Assembly (NCBI GenBank): GCA_951406725.2
Contig: OX597819.1
Coordinates: 60,140,001 to 60,204,000 of the forward strand
DNA: 64,000 bases
Reading direction: 5' to 3'
Source: Octopus vulgaris
Taxonomy: Eukaryota
In this document: in pieces, positions 13,743-28,539 of the stretch
Layout of the letters: every line of letters starts with the position of its first letter
Numbering within the stretch: position 1 is the first letter of the stretch
Notes under the pieces: generated by a model
What the model was told of the DNA's origin: nothing
The model's input: only the letters and a program-made list of their open reading frames with translations
Databases searched by the model: none
Program-made: the position numbers and the translations under genes

Positions 13743-14578
13743 AGCTGGCAGAATCATTAGTGCTTCAAGAAAAAAATGCTTTTGGCACTATTTCTTTCAG
13801 CTCTTTATATTCTGAGGTGCAAGTACTGAGGTCAACTAAATTAACTATCCTCCTCTGAAATTTGCATACAGCTGGTGTTCAATTCAAATGTCTGGAGACT
13901 GACGTCAGTAAGGAATATAAAGGCTGGGCGAATATTCCAGATGGCTGCAGTGTTAAGGAGAAAAAAAAGAAATAGGCGAAATGTCTAGTGTCAGATTTGG
14001 GAGATGAGAGATAGTGAGAACAGCAGGAGGATGAGAGAGATTATGCAGCAAGAGAAGCAACCATTTGCAAGTTGTTTTACATAGTGGTTTCTCTCTCTCC
14101 TTCCCTCTCTTTCTCTCTCTGCTTCTCTTTCATTCTCTCTCTGTCTCTCTCCCATCTCTCCCTCTTTCTTTTAGCTTTTAGTGAGCCTTTAGCTCTTTAT
14201 TTTGCCTCAACAGAATCAAATTCGATGATTTAAAACACAAGCCATGTTAAACTGAATGAAAAATATCATTTACTTATTGTTATTTCCTCCCAATATAAAA
14301 ACAAGTATATTTTATACTAAAAAGGAGGCGCGTGGCTTAGTGGTTAGGGTGTCATAAGATTGTGGTTTCACTTCCTGGACCGGATGACGCGTTGTGTTCT
14401 TGAGCAAAACACTTCATTTCATGTTGCTCCAGTCCACTCAGCTGGCAAAAATGAGTAACGCTGCGAGGGAATGGCATCCTGTCCAGCTGGGGAACACATA
14501 CGCCATTGAAACCGGGAAACTAGGCCCATGAGCCTGGCTAGGCTTTAAAAGGGCGCATTTATTTATTTATATTTTATA

Positions 14579-15205
14579 CTAGCAGCTGAGCCCGGTTTCA
14601 CCTAGTCGGTTTGGATGATGCGACTGTAAAACCTGCTCTGTGCAAGCATTTGACTTGTTTGGGCACGCTTACATTAATAAAACAATTTTAGAATGACTTT
14701 TTTCTATCAAAACGCTAAAAATAATTGGCCAACAAAAAAAACCAAGATTCAACCAACTCAAAAAATAATTCCAAATACTAAGCAAAGATGAACCATCCTA
14801 CTTCCATTGCACGCACACATGCACACACACACACACACACACATGCACATGCACACATTCACATACCCCACTTTTACATACCCGCACATATATTCACACA
14901 GAGTTGAAACACTGTTTTGATTATTTTTTCAGCCTACAATTTTCATCATCCTCCTACTATGTATGACATCATCCCTTCCTTCCTTATTCATCTATCATCC
15001 CTTCCTTTCTCATTCATAAACACAAGAGTATTATTATAGTAGATTATCTCAGTAACCATAGGAGATATGAAAAAAATACAAAGCCCAGTATCACCACCTG
15101 ATCATTCTACACATCTGTGTAATTTTTCGCGCAATTCCACCCTGCTGTTTGACCATGCATCCCAAGACAAGAAAGAATCGTCCATGTCAAATTTATATGT
15201 ATAGA
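14579..15205 (-). mobile_element. Non-autonomous Helitron-like element
   Basis: Minus strand A|TCTATAC... start and ...CTAG|T end, internal (CA)n; termini homologous to 8090-9046. Confidence 0.65.
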
Positions 15206-18200
15206 TTATCTACTTTTCTTTATGCCATTAGCCATTATTTGCTTGTTTGCATTAATCCTTACAAACAAGAAAATACAAGAAAATGAAATTTGAATAGTTT
15301 CTATAGCATAAATTATTCAGTTGACTTTCTTTAAGAAAAAAATGCATATGTACATTCTCATAGTATTATACACATCTCACTTTTTCTATTATCATCACAT
15401 AACTAAAGCTGTTGTTTGTCACTGAATTAATTAATTGTAATTTTGAATCTGTGTTTGCAAACCACATGCTGTCTACTATTGAATAACTATACCAACAAGA
15501 TCAGAAGGGGTCTATTTTCTGTTGGTAAGCAGGAAATGGAGGAAAAAGGATATATATATTTGAGATATAGGTGCAGACAAAGGTATATGATAAGAAACTT
15601 GCTTCCCATCCTTATACTTTAAGGGATAAGTCCCACTGCATGGCACCTTGAGTGTTTTCTACTATTTCCCAGGGTCAAACAAAGCCTTATAAGTAGACTT
15701 GGTTGGCAGAAACTGAAAGAAGCTTGTCATATATATATGACAGGCTATGCAAAAAGGATCATTAAGGGCCACAAGTTACTCCTGCCCTGGTATATGATGG
15801 TGATGATGATGAGGAGGAGGAGGATATCTACCCTGGTATATGGTGATGATCACCACCACCACCAGCAGCTCATCATCATCATCATTATTATCATAGTTGT
15901 TGTCGTCATCATCATCATCATCATCAGTATTATTATTAGCTGGCAGAATCATTAGTGCCTCAAGGTGATGATGATGATGACGACAACGATGATGATGATG
16001 ACAATGATGATGATGATGGTAATAATATCTATATCTCTATAAGTATTTTATTTTATTTCCTATAGAGTCATACTGAAAGCTTATGTTACAAAATTTGAGA
16101 AAAAGGCTATAATAATAATAATAATAGTAATAATAATAATAATAATAATCATGGCATTACACATGCTATGCAAAATGGGTCTGTGTGTGTATGTGTCTGT
16201 TATTGTCTCCTTCACAGAATAGTTGTAAATGAGTGCCACTGTCATGCAAATAGTGCCCATTTTGAATCTAACATGGAAACCTGCCAGGAGATGGGGAAAC
16301 AAGTGAGGGTTGGTGACAGGAAGGACATCTGGCCATGGAAAATCCACCTCAACACACTCCATCCGATCCAGGAAAGCATGGGAAAGCGAATGTTAAAATG
16401 ACAATGATGACAATGATGATGGTGAGGATGATAATGATGGTGATGATGATAATGATGATGATGATGATGATGACGACGATGATGATGATGAGAATAACAA
16501 TGACGATGATGATAGTGATGGTGATGATGATTATGATGATGATGATGACGATGATGATATCATTATCTCTACAAGTATTTTATTCAATTTCCTATAGAAT
16601 CATACTGAAAGCTTATGTTACAAAATTTGAGAAAAAGGGCATTATAATAATAAAGATAAGGAAATTATTGTGTATAGTGCTCAGGTGCCCTACAACTCAT
16701 CAAAGGTGCATGTACAATACATAGAATTATGTACAAAAGTCAGGAAAATGAACAATGTATGAGTCATGATATACATGTGTGCATGTGTATGGAGGCATAT
16801 GTAAGGTTGCAGTGTCTTGGCAACTAACAACTGAATGCCACAGGTAGTACCAAGACTACATTATTACTGGTAGTGACCTGACTTATAAATCCTTTGAACG
16901 GACTTATTATTATTATTTTTCACTGCATGTAGTTCAGTTCTGTATTAGAGTTCCAATTTTATCAGACATTTCTTTTTCTTTGGAATCTTTTTTTATATAT
17001 ATATTTTCACTATGGGTATATTACTTTCCCTTGTGTGTAGTTCAATTCTGTGTAAGCCTTTTTTTTTATATATTTTTCACTGTGTGAAGCTCAACTCTGT
17101 GTTAGAGTTCAAAACCTTCAAATTAACTTTCATTGTTCTTGAATGTAGGTCTTCCATTTTGACACTCCTACAAGTGTTTGTAACCTCATTACAACTGTTA
17201 TAATGACACTGTTATACAGTGGGAAGTATCCTTATTGCCACTGTTATGTCCTGCTACTACACATCAGTGGCTGTGTGAGCTACAACTCCTTGTCGCCACT
17301 ATTATGTCCAGCATTATGATGATGTATTTCGTCATCTCTGAGGAACTGGCCCGAACAGCAAACCTTGCTGACTGACATTATTGACTGTGTCAGTCCATTG
17401 TATATTAGTAGTGGACCAGCCCACTTCTCACCTAGAGGTGTCTGCCACAACAGGGATGATGATGAGGGGAAGGAGGAAGATGAGAAGGAAGAAGAAGAGA
17501 AGTAAGAAGAGGAGGAAGTGAAGAGCAGAAAGGGACAATAATGATGATGATGATGATGACAACGACAACGATGACAATGATGATGATGATGGCGATGACG
17601 ATGACAATGGTGGTGATGATGATGATGATGAGGATAACAAGGATTATTATTGTTTATCCCTAACTTGGCTCTGACTGAGCAGACTTTGATGAAAAGCTTT
17701 CTGTCCATGACTATTCTGTCGTAATTTCCTCCTGGTGAAGTGTACCTCAACCCACATTATCCAATGTATCATTTTTTTAAACAAAAACATTTTTTGAGAC
17801 TGTAAGATATAGTCAGAGTAATATTTAGCTGCTGTTTCTAACAAATTGAATGGCTACATAGTGACTCCTTCATTGGTCCAATGAGGATAACAACAATGAT
17901 TAGGTTGATAAAGAGGGTGATATCTTATTCTGGTGAAGACAACTGGAGCCAAAAACTATTGTGCTCTTCTTGATTGGAGTTAATGTAATAATATATTACT
18001 AGTAATTTCATCTGTCTTTACATTCTGGGTTCAAATTCCACCGAGGTTGACTTTGCCTTTCATCCTTTCGGAGGTCGATAAATTAAGTATCAGTTGCATA
18101 CTGGGGTCGATCTAATCAACTGGTCCCCTCCCTAAAAATTTTGGGCCGTGTGCCTAGAGTAGAAAAGTACATATTACTAGTAATTATAACCAAACACAAA

Positions 18201-19904
18201 CTCAAAGTGAAATCTCCTGCTAACTGACATGAAGTCACTTGCCAACACACTCTTGTCTGACACACAGATGTGCTTTCTTCTTTGTCTATTTTTTTTATAA
18301 CACAAATATAGTAATGTAGGTATGACTTTAAACCACTTCTTAGCCAATATTGTTCCCAGATCTACTCTGACCAGAGTAGTAGTGCTGCCAGGCTCTCAAC
18401 TACAGGTTAATTAGCATGTTACAGAAATACTTCCAGAAGAAGATGATTCACAGAGACTCCAACAGACCTAATGCAAGTGAAGCCCTTCAGCTCTTTAGGT
18501 ACTTATCTATGAGATGGTAACACTATGAAAATCCTATGTCCTGGTAACTACTGAGCTTGTGGTACTTGTTGCACCAGACCAATACAAGTTTGGAGGATGA
18601 AAGATTGGAACCCTAAAGCAGATATGTACAGTTATATGTAACTAATATCTTGGATCCCCTGCAGCTCTTGTTATTGCAAATTTATTCACCTGTTGTTTTT
18701 CTTCATGGCGTATCTGTGAATGGAGAGGTAGTAAGTGTATTTAGGGGTCAGGTATTGGCCCCTGGAAACAGCCCAGACACAACAGTGTTAAGTTACTGTC
18801 TCTGCAATACTGTTGACCAACGGCAAAAAGGGCCAACCAGTATAGTAATCTCTGTTCCTTACATCTGGTTGATTAATTGCTACCACTACCCAGGTTCTCT
18901 CACCTCATAAATTGTTATCATCTATACTGTAAATGTTATCCCCACTTCAATTACATATTGAAGGGGGGATAACATTTCCTCTCTTTTACATATTTTCCCA
19001 GCAGTGTAGACATTCAACTATTCAAGTGGAACATTAATCCAATGGATTTCACCAGTTTTGAAGACATTGTAAAAGCCATAGTACAGCCTTTTACTTCTGG
19101 GCCGATTCCATTAAATTAGGGGAAGTACTGCTGAATAATCGCTCTACTAATGCACTATTATTAATCTACTACCACATAATTCATGAACTATTACAGCATC
19201 AGCTCTGAATGTTGAGTCATTAATGAGCTTTGACAAATATTATCAGTTTTCCTTTTTAATCCTGATAGGCTTTCATTATCAATTTCAGAACACACTGACC
19301 TAGAAAGAAGCAAAGTCACTCCACTTTTAAACTATGTAAATTAATATATCATATAGTTTATAATCCTTCTTATCACTATTAGTTGAGCTTCTCACTCTGT
19401 AAAGAGATTGGTGAGTGAACAAACACGAGACCTAGTGAGGTCCTTCTAGGTATGTCAAGGACATAGCTACCTCACTGATGCTGGTGTAAAGAAAAAAACG
19501 AACACAGTAAACTCTGTGATGTGTAGGTTATTGATATGTTCCATGATGTCGATGTATCTTGTCATCTCTATGGGACTGGTCTGAATGGTGTACCTTCGCC
19601 AACCGATACTACTGACTTTGTCAGTCCACTATTTATTTGCAGTAGACCAGCCCACTTCTCACCTGGGGGCATCCGCCACAACACCTCCCTCTTTGAGATT
19701 TTTTTTCCTAAACACACAGAATTATTTATTATTTTATTTCCATTTCTACCACTTTCCCTTTGCTAGTTGACATTTCATCTGGAGTTTTTTCAAGGAGAAC
19801 TTGTTTAGTATTCTCAATCATAAAATAGCTTGCGTTTTCTTTGTTCATTTTAACCTCCTTAGCAACTGGTTTATTTTCAATTTCAACAGTTGATATCTCT
19901 TACA

Positions 19905-20461
19905 GTGTGTTAGAGAGAATCGTGATGTTGTAGGAGAGAAATGTGTCCACATGGATGATGGTTCACTTGCACTAAACGAGACTGCAAAGAGAGAGGTTTG
20001 GAAATGCCACTATGAAAGGTTGCTCAATAAAGAAAATGAATGGGAGAAAGAGAGTCTGCTGAATGTCGACCCAACAGAGGGACCAGCTATCCGAGTTGAC
20101 AGTACCTTGGTAGATAAAGCAATTAAGAGTATGAAGACAGGGAAAGCCCCCAGCCCATCAGGAATCATTGCAGAGATGCTCAAAATATCTGGCAGTGTTG
20201 GCTATAGCCTAGTCACCCGTATAGTTAACCAGGTGATACACAAAGGAGTCATACCCAATGACTGCTGTAGCAGCACTATAGTCAACTGCTACAAAAGTAA
20301 AGGTGACGCTTTAGATACAAATAATTACAGAGGTATCAAGTTGTTGGATCAGGTAATAAAGGACACGGAGAGGGTCATAACCCAACTAATTAGGTAGAGA
20401 GTCAGTTTATACAAGATGCAGTTTGGGTTTGTGCCAGGGAAAAGCACCACTGATGCTATAT
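19905..20461 (+). mobile_element. RTE-type LINE internal fragment (linker and RT motifs 0-2)
   Basis: WKCHYERLLN..AIKSMKTGKAPSPSGIIAEMLK..YKSKGDALDTNNYRGIKLL..*..MQFGFVPGKSTTDAI. Confidence 0.85.
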
Positions 20462-20522
20462 TATATGCACATAGAGAAAAAGAGATAGACTAGTCCAACA
20501 CTATTACTACTACTACTACTAC

Positions 20523-20577
<55 letters not shown>

Positions 20578-20581
20578 TTAA

Positions 20582-21137
20582 AAAATGCCTGATGCAGTAC
20601 CAGGCAGTGGATCTTATGGCTTCTGATCTTAACTGATTGGAAGTGTTATCATGTACATTGTTTTGCCTTGGTATAAAAGATGGGCTACAGCAAATATTCT
20701 GCTCAATACCACAGATTTGCTTCTCAGTTGTTTGACCATAACCAATTGAGCATGTCCCTTAGGCTGATGATATGTGCAACTCTGATCACGAGCAGAAGTA
20801 GTGGGGGAGCATCATAGCCATGTGTTGAGAGGGATTCTTTGGGGTTTGAATAATTCACCTCTGGAAACATAGGTGTTTCATTCAACATCCTTAAACAACC
20901 CTTATTCAGGGACCTTTTGAGCGGGATGGGTTACTCGACCAGAAGAAAATTCTAACTGGGCTCCACCTGCAAGGTCATGTGCTGTTTATCTTGATATGAG
21001 ATCACCATGTCGCACACATATGGTTGTGGTGCATGTGTCTGGTGTACCCTTACCAGACAGGTAGTCATGATGGGTATACTGGGCTTCGTATATTTTACCC
21101 CAGTGTCACTTTGATGGCATGCACTGCTCTCTCACTC
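20582..21137 (+). repeat. ~555-bp non-coding interspersed element flanked by (AAT)n on both sides
   Basis: Homologous to the reverse complement of 23599-24135; (AAT)n at 20524-20574 and 21138-21163. Confidence 0.8.
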
Positions 21138-21169
<32 letters not shown>

Positions 21170-22259
21170 CATCTTCAGCATTATTTATACAAAGTTTCTT
21201 TTGCAATACTTTCGCTACTGCAGTATTGAGTCTTGCCTTTTTGTTCAGTTTCACTTATCTGAAGAAGTAACTGCACACCATGGAAATTCCAGAGCAAAAG
21301 GCAAATGGATTGGCTTAAATACACTTCACATCTGTATTGAATAACCTTTTTCTGGGCTGTTCATTTTCACATCTATTTTTTCCATGTTAGAATGGAAAAT
21401 CTGGTCAAATCTTCAAGTCATCCTTCTCCAATCATCGGAGGTGGAGTTGGGGGCGGCAGAAACATATAAGAATTTGCAAAGAAACACAGTTTCATTGACT
21501 TACTACAAACATTTGTCAGTGAGGGGCAGTAACTAAAATCTATTTAAATTTAAGTTGCGTCCCTTTAATTGTCAGCATTTAGTTGTAAGAATTTTTAACT
21601 ACCTGACAATATCTATTGTGTTCTTGTGGGTTGTTGGAATGTCTAAGAAGTTTTGCTAAGAGAACCAGTGATGGCGGTGTTATTAGATAAAGGTGTTGAT
21701 ATATGCACTGCACTGTTTCTGTGTGTTTAGTGGGTGTTTTAAATTGAGGAGAAAGACTTGCTTTGACTATGTCTATGAGCTGTGGAGCTGTTAATGTGGG
21801 GAAGGTGATATTTTCCAATTTGATGGGATGAATTTATCTACTTGAATACACTTGGTGTATATCCCCTTTCTTAAATTTATGCAGTATTTGGTGATATGTT
21901 GAGTATGACACTGAGGGGAAAGATTCAAGGGAGAAACCTCCTGTGAGAGCCTAGAATGAAATAATGAAAGGTACAAATAAAAATGGCAAGCATACAAGCT
22001 ATGAGCATAACCTCAGTTGAAGGTGACTGCAGAGGCAAATCTTGTTGGTGGTAGCAAGTGTTACCACTTTGAAGCTTCAACATGTTATGCTACATTTTAT
22101 ACCTGAAATTATATCAGTTTAAATGCCTTTGAATTGTTTCATTAAAGATTTATCATCAGTTTTTTTATTAATTTTATTATTGTTTTACTTCTCAGTACAT
22201 TTGGTCTTGTTTGTTCTAGTAGATTCTGTTAGAGCGGACAGCAATCTACCGTCAGGTGT

Positions 22260-23545
22260 CTCCCAGAGCCTCTTTCTGCACATTATAAGCTTTGATACTT
22301 GGTTGTTAATTATCGTGAGAGACATTCAACATCAAAGTACCCATCTCGAAATCCTAGCTGTCCCCAGAAGAGCAGTTTTTGGGCTTGCTCTGCTCTCATA
22401 TCAATTCCTAATTCATTGACATATTTCTCGAACTTGGCTGTTAGTGCTCTGAGTGCCCCTACAACTATTGAAATGTCAGACACTCTCCTCATAGTCCACA
22501 TTCTTACAATTTCATCTTTTAGTAGTCTGTACTTTTCAGTCTTTTCTAGTTCTTTGTCTCTCATGCGTGCATCTCCAGGTATTGCAATATCTATGACCTT
22601 GGTTTCTTTTTTTCCTTTATCTTTTTCATGATGAGTATTGTCCTCCCTCTAGTCAGCCAATCTGGTATTATTCCTCCATTAAGGCAATTTTGAAGTTGTT
22701 CCCTCAGCCTCCCATGTTAACTACTAAATTTCTTTAGCCAGTATCCTTGAACTAAATCTGGTCCTGGGCCCTTCCAATTCAGCATTCTCTCTAACACTTT
22801 ACTCATTAATGTACTAGTTAATCTTAGATTTGGTTCTCACTCACTACTTCATCCCTCACTTTCTTTTACCATGCTGCATCTCTATTATGACTGACTGGCT
22901 TATCCCAAATATTACTCCAGAACTTTCTAGTTTCCTCTGCATTAGGTTTCTCATCTTCAATACTTTGTTCTCCACTATTTATTTGGTTATAAAATCTCCT
23001 CTGGTCTGTCTCAAATAATCTATTCTGTTGATATTAATCTATTCTTTTCTGATATCTGGAGAGCTTCCCTGCTACTGCTATGATACACTGTTTCAGCTCT
23101 TCTATTACTGTCCCAAATCCTTTCTCTTTGACTAAATATCTTTTCTTGGGAGAAGATCTGCATCTTGTGTTTCCTAACTTGTTCAGTTTCCAAGTTTATA
23201 TTTAACTCAGTCTTCACTTTATTGTGTAGTCTCCTTTTCCACGTTTGCTCTTTTTTTAATCTTTTCCTGTGAGATACCTAATCTTCTGGTGACTACTGAC
23301 CCTACTGCATAGATCAGTAAATTAGTGTCACCCATATTTTTAATATCTATCCTACTGATAACAGAATCTAATTTCCTAGTCATTTCTAGCAGCTTCCTTC
23401 TGTTGCTGCCTTTTAATGCTGGCAATCTTTTTCTTCTTTTTTTTTACTCATTACTTTCTGCTGCTCAACTAAAATCTTTTGATCTTCCTCACTTAAATCA
23501 CTTAAGTTGCTGGTATGACTTATATCACTTAAGTCCTTATTGGTA
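22260..23545 (-). mobile_element. Degenerate R4/Dong-type (REL endonuclease) LINE with the RT deleted
   Basis: N-terminal remnants, NWKGPGPDLVQGYWLKKF and PDWLTRGRTILI, joined at about 22632 to KVIDIAIPGDARMRDKELEKTEKY..IVVGAL (REL domain); begins at a (TAA)n tract. Confidence 0.8.
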
Positions 23546-23598
23546 GCGCTATTATTATTATTATTATTATTATTATTGTTATTATTACTATTATTATT

Positions 23599-24522
<924 letters not shown>

Positions 24523-24974
24523 TATTATTATTGTTACTGTTATATAACTGTTCAATATTTGGTAGATTGAGGCAAATCTCTACTGCATCACCTGCTACAC
24601 CTCAGTGTTGCTGGGTGTGTGCAGCGTTGTGCGTTCTTTTCTGCTGTTGGGAGTGTGCAAACTCTTCCCGGAACTGTATTGTGTTAGCTTTTTTTTTCTC
24701 TTCAGGTGTGGTGCAGTCATTTGTATTGTGTGTTGAGCGTGTAATGGTTTGGTGTTCTGGCTTGCTGGTGGAGTTTATTTCACTGGGTAAATGCTGTTTA
24801 GAGTGTGTCTTTGTATTTGTGGGTTGTTTTGTTTAGGTTGTATTATTGGGTTGATAGTGTCTTGTGTAGGATGTGGGCTATCATCATCATCATCATCATG
24901 TCTTTTTATCAGAGATTTTGTTGGAACTCCTGGAGCTACCTGCAGCCTATGGTACCATGCTATATGTTTTTTTT

Positions 24975-25200
24975 AACTATCTAATACTTTCTTGATTATT
25001 CTGGCCATGCCAAGGAGGCAAATCTTTTGTAACAGTTCTACTGGGCACTTTATTCCAATTTTCTTTATATTCCTCTTGATAGCTTCTGATACTGTCCCCA
25101 AGGACCCAACAATAATTGGTACTATCTTCACCTTCTTCATTTCCCATAGCCAGGCTATTTCATACTTAAGAGCCTTATATTATACCTATTTTTTCGCCTT
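24975..25200 (-). mobile_element. R4/Dong-type LINE C-terminal fragment
   Basis: Minus strand KVKIVPIIVGSLGTVSEAIKRNIKKIGIKCPVELLQKICLLGMARIIRKVLDS*. Confidence 0.7.
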
Positions 25201-25251
25201 CTTTCTTGACTATTCATGGGTCAAAGCAGCACACAACATTATGTGTTCTTT

Positions 25252-25298
<47 letters not shown>

Positions 25299-25517
25299 TT
25301 GTGTATGTGTCTGTGTTTGCATCCCCCACCGCTGCCACCAATGTTGGTGTGTTTACATGCTTGTAACTTAGTGGTTTGGCAAAAGACACTGATAGAATAA
25401 GTACTAGGCTTACAAGGAATCAGTCCTGGGGTGATTTGTTCAACTAAAGGTGGTGCTCCATCATGGTCACAGTCAAATGACTGAAACAAGTAAAAGAATA
25501 AAAAAATAAAAGAATAT

Positions 25518-25698
25518 AGGTGCAGGAGTGGGTGTGTGGTAAGTAGCTTGCTTACCAACCACATGGTTCAGGGTTCAGTTCTACTGCATGGCACCTTGGG
25601 TAAGTGTCTTCTTCTATGGCCTCAGGCTGACCAAAGCCTTGTGAGTAGATTTGGTAGACAGAAACTGAAAGAAGCCTATTGTATGTATATATATATAA

Positions 25699-25760
<62 letters not shown>

Positions 25761-25990
25761 GTGTGTGAATATATGTTTGAGCATGTTTGTCCCTCCACCA
25801 TCACTTGACAACCAATGCTGGTGTGTTTACGTGCCCATAACTTAACAGTTTGACAAAAGAGACCAATAGAATAAGTACTAGGCTTACAAAGAGTAAGTCC
25901 TGGGTTCAATTGTTCGACTTAAAGCAGTGCTCCAGCATGACCACAGTCAAATGACTGAAACAAATCAAAGAATAAAGAAAAAAATAAAAG
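25518..25990 (+). mobile_element. SINE family B (preceded by a 3' half at about 25255-25500)
   Basis: Full head, (TA)n/(TG)n centre, tail. Confidence 0.85.
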
Positions 25991-26299
25991 AATATGTGGG
26001 AACCAAAATCTTAGCGTTTAGGGCCTGTTTAGGTCTAATCTAGCCCTGGTAGATAAAGACGTAAATGCTAATCATAGAAAGATCAGAAGAAAGTAGGAAG
26101 CTTACAACAGTATCAAATAATTAGAAGACAATCTAGATGCCAGTTATATTTAGGTGTAAGTCAGAGGCTTGCTAGCATTCAGCAATCATAAAGTGAGAGG
26201 TGAGAAATGCTTTGAATTGCAAAGCCATGACATATCAGTGCAATTTAGGATGACATTTGGGGAAAGTGTTTATGGAATGATTGTAGTACATTTGTCAGC

Positions 26300-27775
26300 A
26301 CTGGCTGTATGGTTTGGAAGCTCCAAGGTTTTGAGTTCAGTCCCACTGTGTGGCACTTTGAGTAAGTTTTTTTTTTTTCTATAGCTCCAGGCCGACCGAT
26401 GTTCTGTGAATGAATTTGGTAGGGAAAAAACTGTGTAGAAGCTCATCATATGTATGTGTGTGTGTATTTGTGTATGCATGTGTATGTGTTTATGTGTGCT
26501 TGTGTATGTGTGTTTGTGTGTGTATATGTGTGTGTATGTGCGGTTGTGTGTGTATGTGTGTTTGTATGTGTTTATGTGCAGTTGTGTGTGTATATGTAAA
26601 CGTGTTTGTGTGTGTGTGTGTTTATGTGCGGTTGTGTGTGTATGTGTGTTTGTGTGTGTTTATGTGCAGTTGTGTGTGTATATGTAAACGTGTTTGTGTG
26701 TGTGCTTATGTGCGGTTGTGTGTGTATGTGTGTTTGTGTGTGTTTATGTGCAGTTGTGTGTGTATATGTGTTTGTGTATGCACGTGCATGTGTTTATGTG
26801 TGTTTTTGTCTGTGTATAGGTATATGTGTGTTTGTGTATGTGTGCGTGTGTTTATGTGCGGTTGTGTGTGTAAGTGTGTGTGTTTATATGTGTGTGTGTA
26901 TGCATGTTTGTGCATGTGTGTATGCATGATTGTGTGTGTGTGTGTGTATGCGTGTTTGTGTGTGTGTGTGTTTATGTGCAGTTGTGTGTGTGTATGTGTT
27001 TGTGTATGCATGTGCATGTATTTATGTGTGTATGCGTACGTGCGTATGTGAGTGTGTGTGTGTGTGTCAGTGTTTGTATCAATCTCCCCCACCCGTACCA
27101 CTTGACGACTAGTATCGTTTTGTTGACATATCTGTAACTTAGCGGTTCAGCAAAAGAGAATGACAGAACCTGCTCCAGTCTTAAGATTTATGTACTGGGG
27201 TTGATGTCTTTGATCTTGCTTGCAGACTTTCCTCTGTAAGTGCCAATGCTTTGCAACCACATAGTTCCAGGTTCAGTCCCTGTGTACAACACCATGAGCA
27301 AGTGTCTTCAACTATAGCCCTGGGCCAACCAATGCCTTGTGAGTGAATCTGTTAGACAGAAACTGGTTGGAAGCCAGTTGTATGTGTGCATGTGTGTGTG
27401 TGTGTGTGTGTGCGTGCACGCGTGTTTGTTTGTGTGTGTGCATGTGTGGGTGTTTGTGTGTGTGTGTGTGTTTGCATGCATATGCATGTGTGTGTGTGCG
27501 TGTGTGTGTGTGCATGTGTGCGTGCGTGTTTGCATATGTGTGCACGTGTGTGTATGTGTGCGCATGTCTTTGTATTTGTGTTTGTCTCCCCACTCATCAT
27601 TTAGTGAGCAATGTTAGTTTGTTTACATCCTTGTAACTTAGCAGTTCAGTAAACGGTCCATTGGGATAAGTGTCATACTTGAAAATAAGTACTGATGTTG
27701 ATTTGATTGACCAAACCTTTGAAGGCAATACTTGCTCCAGCATGGCTGCAGTCCAATGATCAAAACAAGTTAAAC
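26300..27775 (+). mobile_element. Two diverged family B SINEs with greatly expanded (TG)n-derived centres
   Basis: Heads at about 26300-26445 and 27255-27375; microsatellites 26450-27080 and 27380-27585; tails follow each. Confidence 0.72.
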
Positions 27776-28539
27776 AGAATCCTTTCAACATCACCCTACC
27801 TAAGACAGTGTCTAGTTCTCTGATACAAAACCTGCTTTTTTCAACAATTTCAAATTTAAATTAAAATTTGCCTTCATGATTTTATGTGGCCCCTTAATCT
27901 GATAGAGACAACAGCCCAAATTTCCATCCAATCACAATGTTACTGACTTAAGAAAGAGAATATTCATTTAATTACATAGTCCAAGATACCCTATGCCAGA
28001 ATAATAGATGGTACGGCCATGGTTGGAATTGTGGTAAAATAACAACTAGGAAGTACAGATAAGATTATGGAATCCTATATACATTATGCTTGAATTAAAG
28101 GTAGGATAGACATTGCTGAAATGCATTCAATTGTATGTTAGTTAGATCTGGGTTGACCAGAGGTGAAACAAGGAAGTTTATGCAACACAATTTACTCCAT
28201 GATGCATAATGCTTGATTAAAAGGTGGGATTGACCCTGCTGGAATGCCTTCAATTGTAGGTTTGTTAGATCATGGTTGACCTGAGGTGAAACAACAGCAA
28301 GGAAGTATATATTAGATATTGCGATACAGTCATCATCATCATCATTTTAGTACCAATTTTTCCGTGCTTACATGGATTAAGTGAAGGTTACTGTGGCAGC
28401 TCTTCTACGACTGGATGCTCTTCATGTTTCCAACACTTCCCTATTTCCAAGCAAAGTAATATGTGCCCGTGATTAGACATGTTTTTGCAGAACATTTACA
28501 ACAATCACACGTAGTGGATAGTTGAACGTGACACATCAA

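Noticed and set aside
13306-13815. Poly-His/Ser/Gln ORFs, and the many CV/YI/HT-repeat ORFs elsewhere
   Set aside because: These are translations of microsatellites, with no splice or homology support.
21560-22000. Possible very old PLE N-terminal remnant (YACHFY, IQVDK)
   Set aside because: The similarity is too weak to call by eye.
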